NCBI RefSeq assembly: GCF_963921235.1
Contig: NC_086097.1
Span: 620,001 to 684,000 of the forward strand
From: Mobula hypostoma
Taxonomy: Eukaryota
Length of the DNA: 64,000 nucleotides
Reading direction: 5' to 3'
The position numbers were made by a program, and so were the translations under genes. Under the pieces are notes generated by a model, which saw only the letters and a list, made by a program, of their open reading frames with translations, made no database searches and was not told the origin of the DNA. Shown here piece by piece: positions 1-13,100 of the stretch. Each line of letters opens with the position of its first letter. Position 1 is the first letter of the stretch.

Positions 1-188
1 ATTACGGTAATGCTTTGCACTGTTGTAACTATATGTTATAATTATGTGGTTTTGTCAGTTTTACTCTTGGTTTGTTCTGTGTTTCTGTGATATCTTTCTG
101 GAGGAACATTGTATCATTTCTTAATGCATGCATGCATTTCTAAATGACAATAAACGAGGACTGAGTGTCCTCATAATCTAATCTAATC
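1..188 (+). mobile_element. 3' end of unclassified non-coding retroelement with (AATCT)n tail
   Basis: Near-identical to about 41750-41930 and 52415-52575. It ends AATAAA-GAGGAC-TGAGT-GTCCTC-(AATCT)n. Confidence 0.7.
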
Positions 189-560
189 CTTTCAACATTC
201 ATTAGGTTTCAAAGAGATGCCCCACATTCTTCTAAAGTCCAATGAGTACAGGCCCAAAGCTGCCAAATACTCTTCAAATGTTAACCCCTTTATTCCTGGA
301 ATCACACTTGTGAACCACCTCTGGACTCTCTCCAATGACAACACATTCTTTCTGAGATATGGGGCCTAAAACTGTTGACAATACTCCAAACGCAGCCTGA
401 CTAGTGTCTTATAAGTCATATGATTATCTCCTTGCTTTTATATTCTCTTCCCATTGAAATAAATGCCAACATTGCATTTGCCTTCTTTACCTCAGACTCA
501 ACCTGTAAATTAACCTCTGGGAGTCTTGAACAAGGACTCTTAAATCCCTCTGCACCTCTG
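189..560 (-). mobile_element. Decayed CR1 LINE ORF2 3' fragment
   Basis: Minus-strand translation VNLQVESEVKKANAMLAFIS..EYKSKE matches the CR1 ORF2 C-terminal region. Confidence 0.75.
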
Positions 561-564
561 ATAA

Positions 565-3540
565 TTATGGGACCCAGAGTGATAGAGCAGTGAAAGAAGT
601 GCATGGAGTAAAGCCAGATCTAACATACAGAGAGGCTTTGAGGAAAGAGAAGCAGAATAAGTTGTGTAAAGTCAGTAAGGTAGAAGGGCTGAAATGTGTG
701 TACCTCAATGCAAGAAGCATCAGGAACAAAGGTGATGAACTGAGAGCTTGGATACATACATGGAATTATGATGTAGTGGCCATTACAGAGACTTGGCTGG
801 CACCAGAGCAGGAATGGATTCTCAATATTCCTGGATTTCAGTGCTTTAAAAGGGATAGAGAGGGCAGAAAAAGGGAAGGAGGGGTGGCATTACTGGTCAG
901 GGATACTATTACAGCTACAGAAAGGGTTGGTAATGGAGCAGGATCCTCTTTTGAGTCAATATGGGTGGAAGTCAGGAACAGGAAGGGAGCAGTTACTCTA
1001 CTGGGGGTTTTTTATAGGCCCCCGGGTAGCAGCAGAAATACAGAGGAGCAGATTGGGAACAGATTTTGGAAAGGTGCAAAAATAACAGGGTTGTTATCAT
1101 GAATAACTTTAACTTCCCTAATATTGATTAGCACCTGATTAGTTCCAAGGGTTTAGATGGGGCAGAATTTGTTAAGTGTGTCCAGGATGGATTCCTGTCA
1201 CAGTATGTGGACAGGCCGACCAGGGGGAATGCCATACTAGATCTAGTACTAGGTAATGAACCGGGTCAGGTCACAGATCTCTCAGTGGGTGAGCATCTGG
1301 GGGACAGTGACCAACGCTCCCTGGCCTTTAGCATTATCATGGAAAAGGATAGAGTCAAAGAGGACAGGAAAATTTTAATTGGGGAAAGACAAATTATGAG
1401 GCTATAAGGCTAGAACTTGCGGGTGTGAATTGGGATGATGTTTTTGCAGGGAAATGTACTATGGACATGTGGTCGATGTTTAGAGATCTCTTGCAGGATG
1501 TAAGGGATAAATTTGTCCCGGTGAGGAAGATAAAGAATGGTAGGGTGAAGGAACCATGGGTGACAAGTGAGGTGGAAAATCTAGTCCGGAAGAAGAAGGC
1601 AGTATACATGAGGTTTAGGAAGCAAGGATCAGATGGGTCTATTGAGGAATATAGGGAAGCAAGAAAGGAGCTTAAGAAGGGGCTGAGAAGAGCAAGAAGG
1701 GGGCATGAGAAGGCCTTGGCGAGTAAGGTAAAGGAAAACCCCAAGGCATTCTTCACTTATGTGAAGAAAAAAAGGATAACAGGAGTGAAGGTAGGATCAA
1801 TCAGAGATAAAGGTGGGAAGATGTGCCTAGAGGTTGTGGAAGTGAGCGAGGTTCTCAATGAATACTTCTCTTCGGTATTCACCAATGAGAGGGAACTTGA
1901 TGATGGTGAGGACAATATGAGTGAGGTTGATGTTCTGGAGCATGTTGATATTAGGGGAGAGGAGGAGTTGGAGTTGTTAAAATACATTAGGACAGATAAG
2001 TCCCCGGGGCCTGACGGAATATTCTCCAGGCTGCTCCACAAGGCGAGAGAAGAGATTTCTGAGCCTCTGGCTAGGATCTTTATGTCCTCGTTGTCCACAG
2101 GAATGGTACCGGAGGATTGGAGGAAGGCGAATGTTGTTCCCTTGTTAAAAAACAGTAGGGATAGTCCAGGTAATTATAGACCAGTGAGCCTTACGTCTGT
2201 GGTGGGAAAGCTGTTGGAAAAGATTCTTAGAGATAGGATCTATAGGCATTTAGAGAATCATGGTCTGATCAAGGACAGTCAGCATGGCTTTGTGAAGGGC
2301 AGATCGTGTCTAACAAGCCTGATAGAGTTCTTTGAGGAAGTGACCAGGCATATAGATGAGGGTAGTGCAGTAGATGTGATCTATATGGATTTTAGTAAGG
2401 CATTTTACAAGGTTCCACACGGTAGGCTTATTCAGAAAGTTAGAAGGCATGGGATCCAGGGAAGTTTGGCCAGGTGGATTCAGAATTGGCTTGCCTGCAG
2501 AAGGCAGAGGGTGGTGGTGGAGGGAGTACATTCAGATTGGAGGATTGTGACTAGTAGTGTCCCACAAGGATCTGTTCTGGGACCTGTACTTTTCATGATT
2601 TTTATTAACGACCTGGATGTGGGGGTAGAAGGGTGGGTTGGCAAGTTTGCAGACCACACAAAGGTTGGTGGTGTTGTAGATAGTGTAGAGGATTGTCAAA
2701 GATTGCAGAGAGACATTGATAGGATGCAGAAGTGGGCTGAGAAGTGGCAGATGGAGTTCAACCCGGAGAAGTATAAGGTGGTACACTTTGGAAGGACAAA
2801 CTCCAAGGCAGAGTACAAAGTAAATGGCAGGATACTTGGTAGTGTGGAGGAGCAGAGGGATCTCGGGGTACATGTCCACAGATCCCTGAAAGTTGCCTCA
2901 CAGGTGGATAGGGTAGTTAAGAAAGCTTATGGGGTGTTAGCTTTCATAAGTCGAGGGATAGAGTTTAAGAGTCGCGATGTAGTGATGCAGCTCTATAAAA
3001 CGCTGGTTAGGCCACACTTGGAGTACTGTGTCCAGTTCTGGTCACCTCACTATAGGAAGGATGTGAAAGCATTGGAAAGGGTACAGAGGAGATTTACCAG
3101 GATGCTGCCTGGTTTAGAAAGTATGCATTATGATCAGAGATTAAGGGAGCTAGGGCTTTACTCTTTGGAGAGAAGGAGGATGAGAGGAGACATGATAGAG
3201 GTGTACAAGATAATAAGAGGAATAGATAGAGTGGATAGCCAGTGCCTCTTCCCCAGGGCACCACTGCTCAATACAAGAGGACAGGGCTTTAAGGTAAGGG
3301 GTGGGAAGTTCAAGGGGGATATTAGAGGAAGGTTTTTTACTCAGAAAGTGGTTGGTGCGTGGAATGCACTGCCTGAGTCAGTGGTGGAGGCAGATACACT
3401 GGTGAAGTTTAAGAGACTACTAGACAGGTATATGGAGGAATCTAAGGTGGGGGCTTATATGGGAGGCAGGGTTTGAGGGTCGGCACAACATTGTGGGCCG
3501 AAGGGCCTGTACTGTGCTGTACTATTCTATGTTCTATGTT
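565..3540 (+). mobile_element. CR1-clade LINE (copy A): near-complete ORF2 (APE + RT), 5'-truncated
   Basis: ORFs 590-1102 (APE: VYLNARSIRNK, VVAITETWL), 1207-1407 and 1425-3476 ([33 protein letters not shown]). 3' tail gggccgaagggcct...(ttctatg)n. Confidence 0.95.
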
Positions 3541-4470
3541 CAGGAAGGGGTAATTAAGGGTTCAGCAGTGGAAATTGTGAGCAGCTTCAAGTTCCTGGGC
3601 ATCAACATCTTAGAGGATCTGTCCAAGGCCCACCATATTGATGCAGTCATGAAGAATGCACACCAATAGCTACACTTCATTAGAAATTTCAGGAAATCTG
3701 GTAGGTTACCAAAGTCTCTAAGCAAATTTCTGCAGATATATCATAGATAGTATTCTGACTAGTTGCAACACCACCCAGTATGGAGCTTCCAATGCACAAG
3801 ATCTGATGAGGTTGCAGAGGATTGAAGACTCAGTCAGCTCCGTCACAGGCACTAGGCTCCCCGTCATCAAAGATATCTTCAAGAGGCAGCAACTGAAGAG
3901 GCGGCATCCATCATTAATGATGCCACTATCGAGGATATGCTCTCTTCTTATTATTACAGGAGCCTGAAGTTTTCAGGAACAGTTTCTTCCCCTCCATCAT
4001 TAGATTTCTGAACCTTCTCTGAACTCATGGACACTACCATGGACAGTGTTCTGACTAACTGCATCACCCTCTGGTATGGAAGCTCCAATGCACAGGATCG
4101 CAGATGCTGCAGAGCTTTGTACACACAACCCTCCCCACAATTGAGAATATCTTCAAGACAGAGAAGGTGCTTCAAGAAGGCAGTATCCATCATTAAGGAC
4201 CTTCATAATCTGGGACATGCCCACTTCTGCCCATAAGGGAGGAGGTACAGGAGGCTGCAGACCCACACTCAACGATTTAGGAACAGCTTCCTCCCCTCCA
4301 CCATTAGAGTTCTGAACAGTCAATGAACCCATGAACACTGTCTCATTATTCTTTCTTTTTATTTATTATTCATTTGAAATGTATAGATTTTTGTATGTCT
4401 TTGTGCTATATGGCTACAAATTTTACATCATAAACCTGATTCAGTATTCAATGATAATACACCTGATTTT
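3541..4470 (+). mobile_element. Two tandem decayed Rex1/Babar-type LINE 3' fragments
   Basis: Motifs FKFLGINI, SVLTNCITLWYG and KAVSIIKD..H..H occur twice (about 3545-4035 and 4036-4460). The tail is ctgatt-like. Confidence 0.7.
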
Positions 4471-4723
4471 GATCAGCCAGACATGGGGAAATGTGACTTG
4501 TTCAGGTAGACAAGTTGGCCAACATACACATTTGGGCCAAAGGGCTTGTACCATGTAATATGATTCAAAGTTAACTCAGCTTCTCTCCACATAGACACTG
4601 CCTGATCTGCTAACTATTTCCAACATTTTCTATTCCTTTTTTTAATTTTATGCTCAGACCATTCCCAGAAGGACTAGAAACAATGCCACCCACTTCACTC
4701 CCAACACAGTATCTGGGTAAGAT

Positions 4724-4996
4724 GAGATCTGCCCGCACTGGATATAGTGTGGGGAGAGAGATCTCTCTGCACTGGGGACAGAGTGGTTAGTGAGATCTCT
4801 CTGCACTGGGCGGCAGTGTGGAGAGCGAGGCCCGTCTGCACTGGATACAGTGTGGGGGGCGAGATATCTCTGTACTGGGTACACTGTGGAAAGTGAGATC
4901 TGTCTGCACTGGGTACTGTATGGGGACTGGGATCTTTCTGCACTGGGTACAGTGTGAGGAATGAGATCTCTCTGCACTAGGCACAGTGTGGGGAGT
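4724..4996. repeat. Minisatellite, about 34-bp unit, about 8 diverged copies
   Basis: Unit consensus is approximately GAGATCTCTCTGCACTGGGTACAGTGTGGGGAGT. Confidence 0.85.
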
Positions 4997-5213
4997 GGTA
5001 AATCTCAGCGGGGTCAGTTACTTTGCCCTCTCCCTTGAAACAGATTTGGGAGATTAGCACTATAGCCCAGTGAGGGGGCAATGCCAGCCTGGTGTAAGGC
5101 TTCTGTACAGGGACCAACCATTGACAGGCAGGATGACCTTGCTGTGTGCGTGGATCAGGCCTTGTATAGCTGTAAGGATGTTAGGCATGTCAGGGTTAGT
5201 GGGCAGCACCTAC

Positions 5214-5367
5214 CTTCAGGCTCTCCACAGGATTAGTGACATTGAATTTATCCATAGTGTTGACGATGATAGCAGGTGTAGTGAGGAAGAAGAGGAGTAG
5301 AAAGAGGAGGATGTTCAGAATGGCACAGCGGATCCACCAGACACTGCCCTGCACCGACAGGTTCTCC
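5214..5367 (-). CDS. TMEM63C: TMEM63C internal exon, 154 nt (transmembrane helix)
   Basis: ctcactgtgttag|G GAG AAC...CTG AAG|gtaggt translates to (W)[51 protein letters not shown]. It contains the TMEM63 WENL and FFLTTP motifs. Confidence 0.92.
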
Positions 5368-7052
5368 CTAACACAGTGAGAAAAGACATCACGACCAAAT
5401 GAGGGAATATCAACAGAGGATGAAGCTGAAACCCGATAGGCAGCACTATATTGTATGTAAATTGTTCGTCCCACCCTCAGCTGCTTCTGCTAATGCTGGC
5501 AGTATAGACTGTCACTCTCACGATCTCCCACTAAAGTGGAAAATGAGTCACACATGAAACCATCAAATTTAGAAAACTTTGCTAAGGTTCCCTGTCAAGA
5601 TGAAACCTGTGGAAATTGGATGGACAACAGACTTCACCCTGTATCCAAGGGTCTAAAGAACATTCTAATTGGTCTTAGAAGGGTCAGTTGCAATTTGTTA
5701 CAGTTTTAATGTTGCTGTGATTTTCTACTTTGAGGCTCACAGAGCCTCTTGGACTAGTCTTTAATAACCAGTTAATTGTACTAATCTTGGCAAAAGGTGA
5801 GGGAGTCAGTGATAGAATTTGTGAGTGTCGTCATGATGCAGCAGTTAAAGGAAATGGGGCTGAGGAATGCATTTGTGGGAATGAGATGAAATTGGGAAAA
5901 TAAGTGGCAAGGGAAAGGAAAGACAGTGGAATGAGAAGACAGGAGAGGAAAGGGCCAGAACATGCTGGAGTGGCAAAAAGAGGAAGTAGTGGAAGGATAG
6001 AGAAAGAAGGAGGGAGTGGCAATGAGGCAGAGTGACTCCAGACCCTGACCACCTCCTATTTCAGGGGCAAAGTGTAGGTTTATGGAGACAGGGTAACGTA
6101 GCATGGAAACAGGCCCTTCTACCCAATGTCAATGTGTCCAAGATGCCTAACTGATCTAATTTCATCTTGCTATATATGGCCCATATCCCTCTAAATCTTT
6201 CAATCCATGTACCCCTCCAATGTCTTTTAAGCATTGTAATTGTCTATCCCGCTGTTATAAAGCTAATTTTGGTGACGTATACAAATTTACTGATCATGCC
6301 ACACGTACCCTTATCCAAATCATTTATGTAAATGATGAACCACGGTGAAGCCTAAAACCAGATAACGAGAACATAATTAAATAACATTATACTTCTTCGT
6401 TTATTTATTGAGAAAAATGATCCAATATTACAAGTATTTGTTGGAAAAAATATGCGAGGTTCTGGGGTTACGCCTTCTACAAAAGATATTTGGAGTCAGG
6501 TGTTCCAGTCAATGAGATAAAATTGGAAGTGTGGGTTGCAGAGGTGCTCTGCCCTATGAAAAAAAGACACACAAAGTCAGGTTACTGACAGAGTCTGATC
6601 TTCTCAAGAAAGATCTGTTTTTGTGTACCATGCCTCAATCAAAACAACTTTCAGCAAACCTCAGAAGAATTGCATGATGCTGGGAAAGGCTACAAAAGCA
6701 TTTCTAAAGACCCGAGTGTTCATCACTCCACAGTGAGAGAAATTGTCAACAAATGGAGGAAACTCAGTACTGTTGCTACTCCCCTTAGGAATGGGCATCC
6801 TGCAAAGATCAAAGATCCAAGTGCTATGGAACTATGATGTTGTGGCCATTACAGAGACTTGGATGGCTCTGGTGCAGGAATGGTTACTTCGAGTGCCAGG
6901 CTTTAGATGTTTCAGAAAGGACAGGGAGGGAGGCAAAAGAGGTGGGAGTGTGGCACTGTTGATCAGAGATAGTGTCATGGCCATAGAAAAGGAGAAGGAC
7001 ATGGAGGGATTGTCTACGGAGTCTCCGTGGGTGGAAGTTAGGAACAGGAAGG

Positions 7053-8114
7053 AAGACAGAGAATGGTAGTGGATGATTGCTTATCAGACTGGAGGCCTGT
7101 GACTAGTGGTGTGACTCAAGAATCTGTGCTGGGAGCACTGTTGTTTGTTGTCTATATCAGTGATCTAGATAATAATGTGGTAAATTGGATCAGCAAGTTT
7201 GCTGATGACACTAAGACTAGAGGCATTGTGGACAGCGAGGAAAGCTTTCAAAGTTTGCAAAGGGATCTGGACGAACTGGAAAAATGGGCCAGAAAATGAC
7301 AGATGGAATTTAATGCAGACAAATGTGAGGTGTTGTATTTTGGAAGGACAAATCAAGGTAGGACATACACGGTAAATGGTAGGGCACTGAGGAGTGCGGA
7401 GGAACTAAGAGATCTGGGAGATCAGTTACATAATTCCCTGAAAGTGGCATCACAGGTAGACAGGGTCGCAAAGAAGGTTTTTGACATCCTGGCATTCATA
7501 AATCAAAGTATTGAGTATAGGAGTTGGGATGTTATGGGGAGGTTGTATAAGACATTGGTGAGGCCAAATTTGGAGTATTGTGTACAGTTCTAGTCACCTA
7601 ACTATAGGAAGGATATCAGTAAGATTGAAAGAGTGCAGAGGAGATTTACTAGGATGTTGCTGGGTCTTCAGGAGTTGAGTTACAGGGAAAGATTGAACAG
7701 GTTAGGACTTTATTCCTTGGAGCGTAGAAGAACGAGGGGAGATTTGATAGACGTTTACAAAATTATGAGGGGTTTAGATAGGGTAAATGTGAATAGGCTC
7801 TTTCCACTTAGATTAGGAGAGATAAATACGAGAGGACATGCCTTTAGGGTGAAAGGGGAAAGGTTCAGGGGGATCATTAGGGGGAACTTCTTCACTCAGA
7901 GAGTGGTGGGAGTGTGGAACAAGCTGCCATCTGACGTGGTAAATGCGGGCTCATTCTTAGGTTTTAAGAATAAATTGGATAGGTACATGGATGGGAGAGA
8001 TCTGGGGGGTTAAGGACTGGATGCAGGTCAATGAGACCAGTGGAATAATGTTTCAGCACAGACTAGAAGGGCCAAATGGCCTGTTTTCTGTGCTGTAGTG
8101 ATCTATGCTTCTAT
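7053..8114 (+). mobile_element. 5'-truncated CR1 (RT C-half + tail) nested in CR1
   Basis: ORFs 7063-7299, 7303-7593 and 7633-8013 (FADDTK, LVRPNLEYCVQF). Tail gaagggccaaatggcct...ctatg. Confidence 0.85.
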
Positions 8115-10185
8115 GGGTCAATAACTATACTGGGTGTTTTAAATAGACCACTAAATATTAACAGGGACATCGAGGAACAGATAGGGTGATAGATTTTGGA
8201 AAGGTGTAATAATAACAGGGTTGTCGTGGTGAGAGATTTTAATTTCTCAAATATTGATTGGCATCTCCCTAGAGTGAGGGGTTTGTTAGGGTGGAGTTTG
8301 TTAGGTGTGTTCAAGAAGGTTTTTTGACACAATATGTAGATAGGCCTACAAGAGGAGAGGCTGTACTTGGTCTGGTATTGGGAAATGAACCTGATCAGTT
8401 GTCAGATCTCTCAGTGGGACAGCATTTTGGAGATAGTGATCACAAATCTATCTCCTTTACCATAGTATTGGAGAGGGACAGGAACAGACAAGTTAGGAAA
8501 GTGTTTAATTGGAGTAATGGGAAATATGAGGCTATCAGGCAGGAACTTGGAAGCAAAAATTGGAAACAGATGTTCTCAGGGAAATGTACGGAAGAAATGT
8601 GGCAAATGTTCAGGGGATATTTGCGTGGAGTTCTGCATAGGTACGTTCCAATGAGAAAGGAAAAGGATGGTAGGGTGCAGGAACCATGGTGTACAAAGGC
8701 TGTTGTAAATCTAGTCAAGAAGAAAAGAAGAGCTTACGAAAAGTTGAAAAAGCTAGGTAATGATAGAAAGCTAGAAGGTTATAAGGCTAACAGGAATGAG
8801 CTTAAGAAAGAAATTAGGAGAACCAGAAAAGGCCATGAGAAGACCTTGGTGGACAGGATTAAGCAAAACCCAAGGCATTCTACAAGTATGTGAAGAGCAA
8901 AAGGATAAGATGTGAGAAAATAAGACCAATCAAGTGTGACAATGGAAAAGTGTGTATGGAACCAGAGGAAATAGCAGAGGTACTTAATGAGTACTTTGAT
9001 TCAGTATTCACTACAGAAAAGGATCTTGGTGATTGTAGAGATGACTTACAACGGACTGAAAAGCTTGAGCATGTAGATATTAAGAAAGAGGATGTGCAGG
9101 AGCTTTTGGAAAGCATCAAATTGTTTATGTCACCAGGACAGGACAAGATGTACCCCAGGGACTGGACAAGATGTACCCCAGGCTACTGTGGGAGGCGAAG
9201 GAGGAGATTGCTGAGCCTCTGACGATGACCTTTGCATCATCAATGGGGACAGGAGAGGTTCCGGAGGATTGGAGGGTTGCGGATGTTGTTCCATTAATCA
9301 AGAAAGGGAGTAGAGATAGTCTTACTTCAGTGGTTGGTAAGTTGAGAGGCAGGATTTATGAATATTTGGAGAGATATAATATGATTAGGAATAGTCAGCA
9401 TGGCTTTGTGAAAGGCAGGTCATGTCTCACAAGCCTGATTGAATTTTTTAAGGATGTGACTGAACACATTGATGTTGGTAGAGCAGTAGATGTAGTGTAT
9501 ATGGATTTCAGCAAGGCATTTGACAAGGTACAACATGCAAGGCTTATTGAGAAAGTAAGGAGACATAGGATCGAAGGAGAAATTGCTTTGCGAATCCAGA
9601 ACTAGATTGCCCACAGATGGCAAAGAGTGGTTGTAGACAGGTCATATTCTGCATGGAGGTCGGTCACCAGTGGTGTGCCTCAGGGATCTGTTCTGGGACC
9701 CCTACTCTTTGTGATTTTTATAAATGACCTGGATGAAGAGGTGGAGGGATGGGTTAGTAAGTTTCCTGATGACACAAAGGTTGGGGTTGTTGTGGATAGT
9801 GTGGAGGGCTGTCAGAGGTTATAGCGGGACATTGACAGGATGCAAAACTGGGCCAAGAAATGGCAAATGGAGTTCAACCCATATAAGTGTGAGGTGGTTC
9901 ATTTTGGTAGGTGAAATATGATGGCAGAATATAGTATTAATGGTAAGACTCTTGGCAGTGTGGAGGATCAGAGGGATCTTGGGGTCTGAGTCCATTGGAC
10001 ACTCAAAGCTGCTGCGCAGGTTGACTCTGTGGTTAAGAAGGAATACAGTGCATTGGCCTTCATCAATCGTGGGATTCAGTTTAGGAGCCGAGAGGTAATG
10101 TTGCAGCTATATAGGACCCTGGTCACACCCCACTTCGATTACTGTGCTCAATTCTGGTCGCCTCACTACAGGAAGGATGTGGAAG

Positions 10186-13100
10186 AGAGAGTGCCAGTGC
10201 TACAAGACAATGATGGTAAGAATTGGAGGAGATGGCAGTTGAATGCGTGGCTGAGGAGTTGGTGCAGGGAGCAGGGTTTTAGATTTTTGGATCATTGGGA
10301 TCTCTTCTGGGGAAGGTGGGACCTGTACAGATTGGATGGGTTGCACCTGAACTCGAGGGGGAGCAATATCCTTGAAGGTAGGTTTGCTAGCATGGTTCGG
10401 GAGGGTTTAAACTAATTTGCAAGGGGGATGGGACCCAGAGCAACAGAGCAGTGAAAGAAGTGCATGGAGTAAAACCAGATCTAACATAAAGAGAGGCTTT
10501 GAGGAAAGAGAAGCAGAATAAACGGTGTAAAGACAGTAAGGTAGAAGGGCTGAAATGTGTGTACCTCAATACAAGAAGCATCAGGAAAAAAGGTGATGAA
10601 CTGAGAGCTTGGATACATACATGGAATTATCATGTAGTGGCCATTACAGAGACTTGGCTGGCAGCAGGGCAGGAATGGATTCTCAATATTCCTGGATTTC
10701 AGTGCTTTAAAAGGGATAGAGAGGGTGAAAAAAGGGGAGAAGGGGTGACATTACTGGCCAGGGATACTATTACAGCTACAGAAAGGGTGGGTAATGTAGC
10801 AGAATCCTCTTTTGAGTCAGTATGATGGAAGTCAGGAACAGGAAGGGAGCAGTTACTCTACTGGGGGTATTCTATAGGCCCCCTGGTAGCAGCAGAGATA
10901 CAGAGGAGCAGATTGGGAGGCAGATTTTGGAAAGGTGCAAAAATAACAGTGTCGTTATCATGGGTGACTTTAACATCCCTAATATTGATTGGCACCTGAT
11001 TAGTTCCAAGGGTTTAGATGGGGCAGTTTGTTAAGTGTGTTCAGGACAGATTCCTGTCACAGTATGTGGACAGGCCAACTAGAGACAATGCCAAACTAGA
11101 TCTAGTACTAGGTAATGAACCAGGTCAGGTCACAGATCTCTCAGTGGGTGAGCATCTGGGGCACAGTGACCACCGCTCCCTGGCCTTTAGCATTATCATG
11201 GCAAAGGATAGAATCAGAGAGGACAGGAAAATTTTTAATTGGGGAAGGGCAAATTATGAGGCTGTAAGACTAGAACTTGTGGGTGTGAATTGGGATGATG
11301 TTTTTGCAGGGAAATGTACTATGGACATGTGGTCGATGTTTAGTGATCTCCTGCAGGATACTAGGGACAAATTTGTCCCGGTGAGGAAGATAAAGAATGG
11401 TACGGTGAAGGAACCATGGGTGACAAGTGAGGCGGAAAATCTAGTCAGGTGGAAGAAGGCAGCATACATGAGGTTTAGGAAGCAAGGATCAGATGGGTCT
11501 ATTGAGGAATATAGGGAAGCAAGAAAGGAGCTTAAGAAGGGGCTGAGGAGAGCAAGAAGGGGGCATGAAAAGGCTTTGGCGAGTAGGGTAAAGGAAAACC
11601 CCAAAAGGCATTCTTCAATCATGTGAAGAAAAAAAGGATGACAGGAGTGAAGTAGGACCGATTAGAGATAAAGGTGAGAAGATGTGCCTGGAGGCTGTGG
11701 AAGTGAGCGAGGTCCTCAATGAATACTTCTCTTCAGTGTTCACCAATGAGAGGGAACTTGATGATGGTGAGGACAATATAAGTGAGGTTAATGTTCTGGA
11801 GCATGTTGATATTCAGGGAGAGGAGGTATTGGACTTATCCGTCCTAATCTATTTTAACAAGTCCCCGGGGCCTGATGGAATATTCCCCAGGCTACTCCAC
11901 GAGGCGAGGGAAGAGATTGCTGAGCCTCTGGTCAGGATCTTTATGTCCTTGTTGTCCACGGGAACGGTACTGGAGGATTAGAGGGAGGCGAATGTTGTTC
12001 CCTTGTTCAAAAAAGGTAGCAGGGATAGTCCAGGTAATTATAGACCAGTGAGCCATACGTCTGTGGTGGGAAAGCTGTTGGAAAAGATTCTTAGAGGTAG
12101 GATCTCTGGGCATTTAGAGAATCATGGTCTGATCAGGGACAGTCAGCATGGCTTTGTGAAGGGCAGATCATGTTTAACAAGCCTCAGAGTTCTTTGAGGA
12201 GGTGACCAGGCAAATCATGAGGGTAGTGCAGTGGATGTGATCTATATGGATTTTAGTAAGGCATTTTACAAGGTTCCACACGGTAGGCTTATTCAGAAAG
12301 TCAGAAGGCATAAGATCCAGTGAAGTTTGGCCAGGTGGATTCAGAATTGGCTTGCCTGCAGAAGGCAGAGGGTCGTGGTGGAGGGGGTACATTTGGATTG
12401 GAGGATTGTGACTAGTGGTGTCCCACAAGGATCTGTTCTGGGACCTATACTTTTCGTGATTTTTATTAACGACCTAGATGTGGGGGTAGAAGGGTGGGTT
12501 GGCAAGTTTGCAGACCACACAAAGGTTGGTGGTGTTGTAGATACTGTAGAGGATTGTCAAAGATTGCAGAGAGACATTGATAGGATGCAGAAGTGGGCTG
12601 AGAAGTGGCAGATGGAATTCAACCCGGAGAAGTGTGAGGTGGTACACATTGGAAGGACAAACTCCAAGGCAGAGTACAAAGTAAATGGCAGGATACTTGG
12701 TAGTGTGGAGGAGCAGAGGGATCTGGGGGTACATGTCCACAGATCCCTGAAAGTTGCCTCACACGTGGATAGGGTAGCTAAGAAAGCTTATGGGGTGTTA
12801 GCTTTCATAAGTTGAGAGATAGAGTTTAAGAGTCACGATGTAATGATGCAGCTCTATAAAACTCTGGTTAGGCCACACTTGGAGTACTGTGTCCAGTTCT
12901 GGTCGCCTCACTATAGGAAGGATGTGGAAGCATTTGAAAGGGTACAGAGGAGATTGACCAGGATGCTGCCTGGTTTAGACGGTATGCATTATGATCAGAG
13001 ATTAAGGGAGCTAGGGCTTTACTCTTTGGAGAGAAGGAGGATGACAGGAGACATGATAGAGGTGTACAAGATAATAAGAGGAATAGATAGAGTGGATAGC

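Noticed and set aside
1394..2879. Antisense ORFs over CR1 (many similar ones across the window)
   Set aside because: They are shadow frames of LINE ORF2 with no independent motifs, and recur only because the element recurs.
4654..4984. Minus-strand ORFs with a hydrophobic end as a further TMEM63C exon
   Set aside because: They are translations of the 34-bp minisatellite and lack the expected NP..TQFFP sequence. The next exon is probably outside the window.
9136..9182. 23-bp tandem duplication in CR1 ORF2
   Set aside because: An ordinary slippage lesion causing a frameshift in a dead copy.
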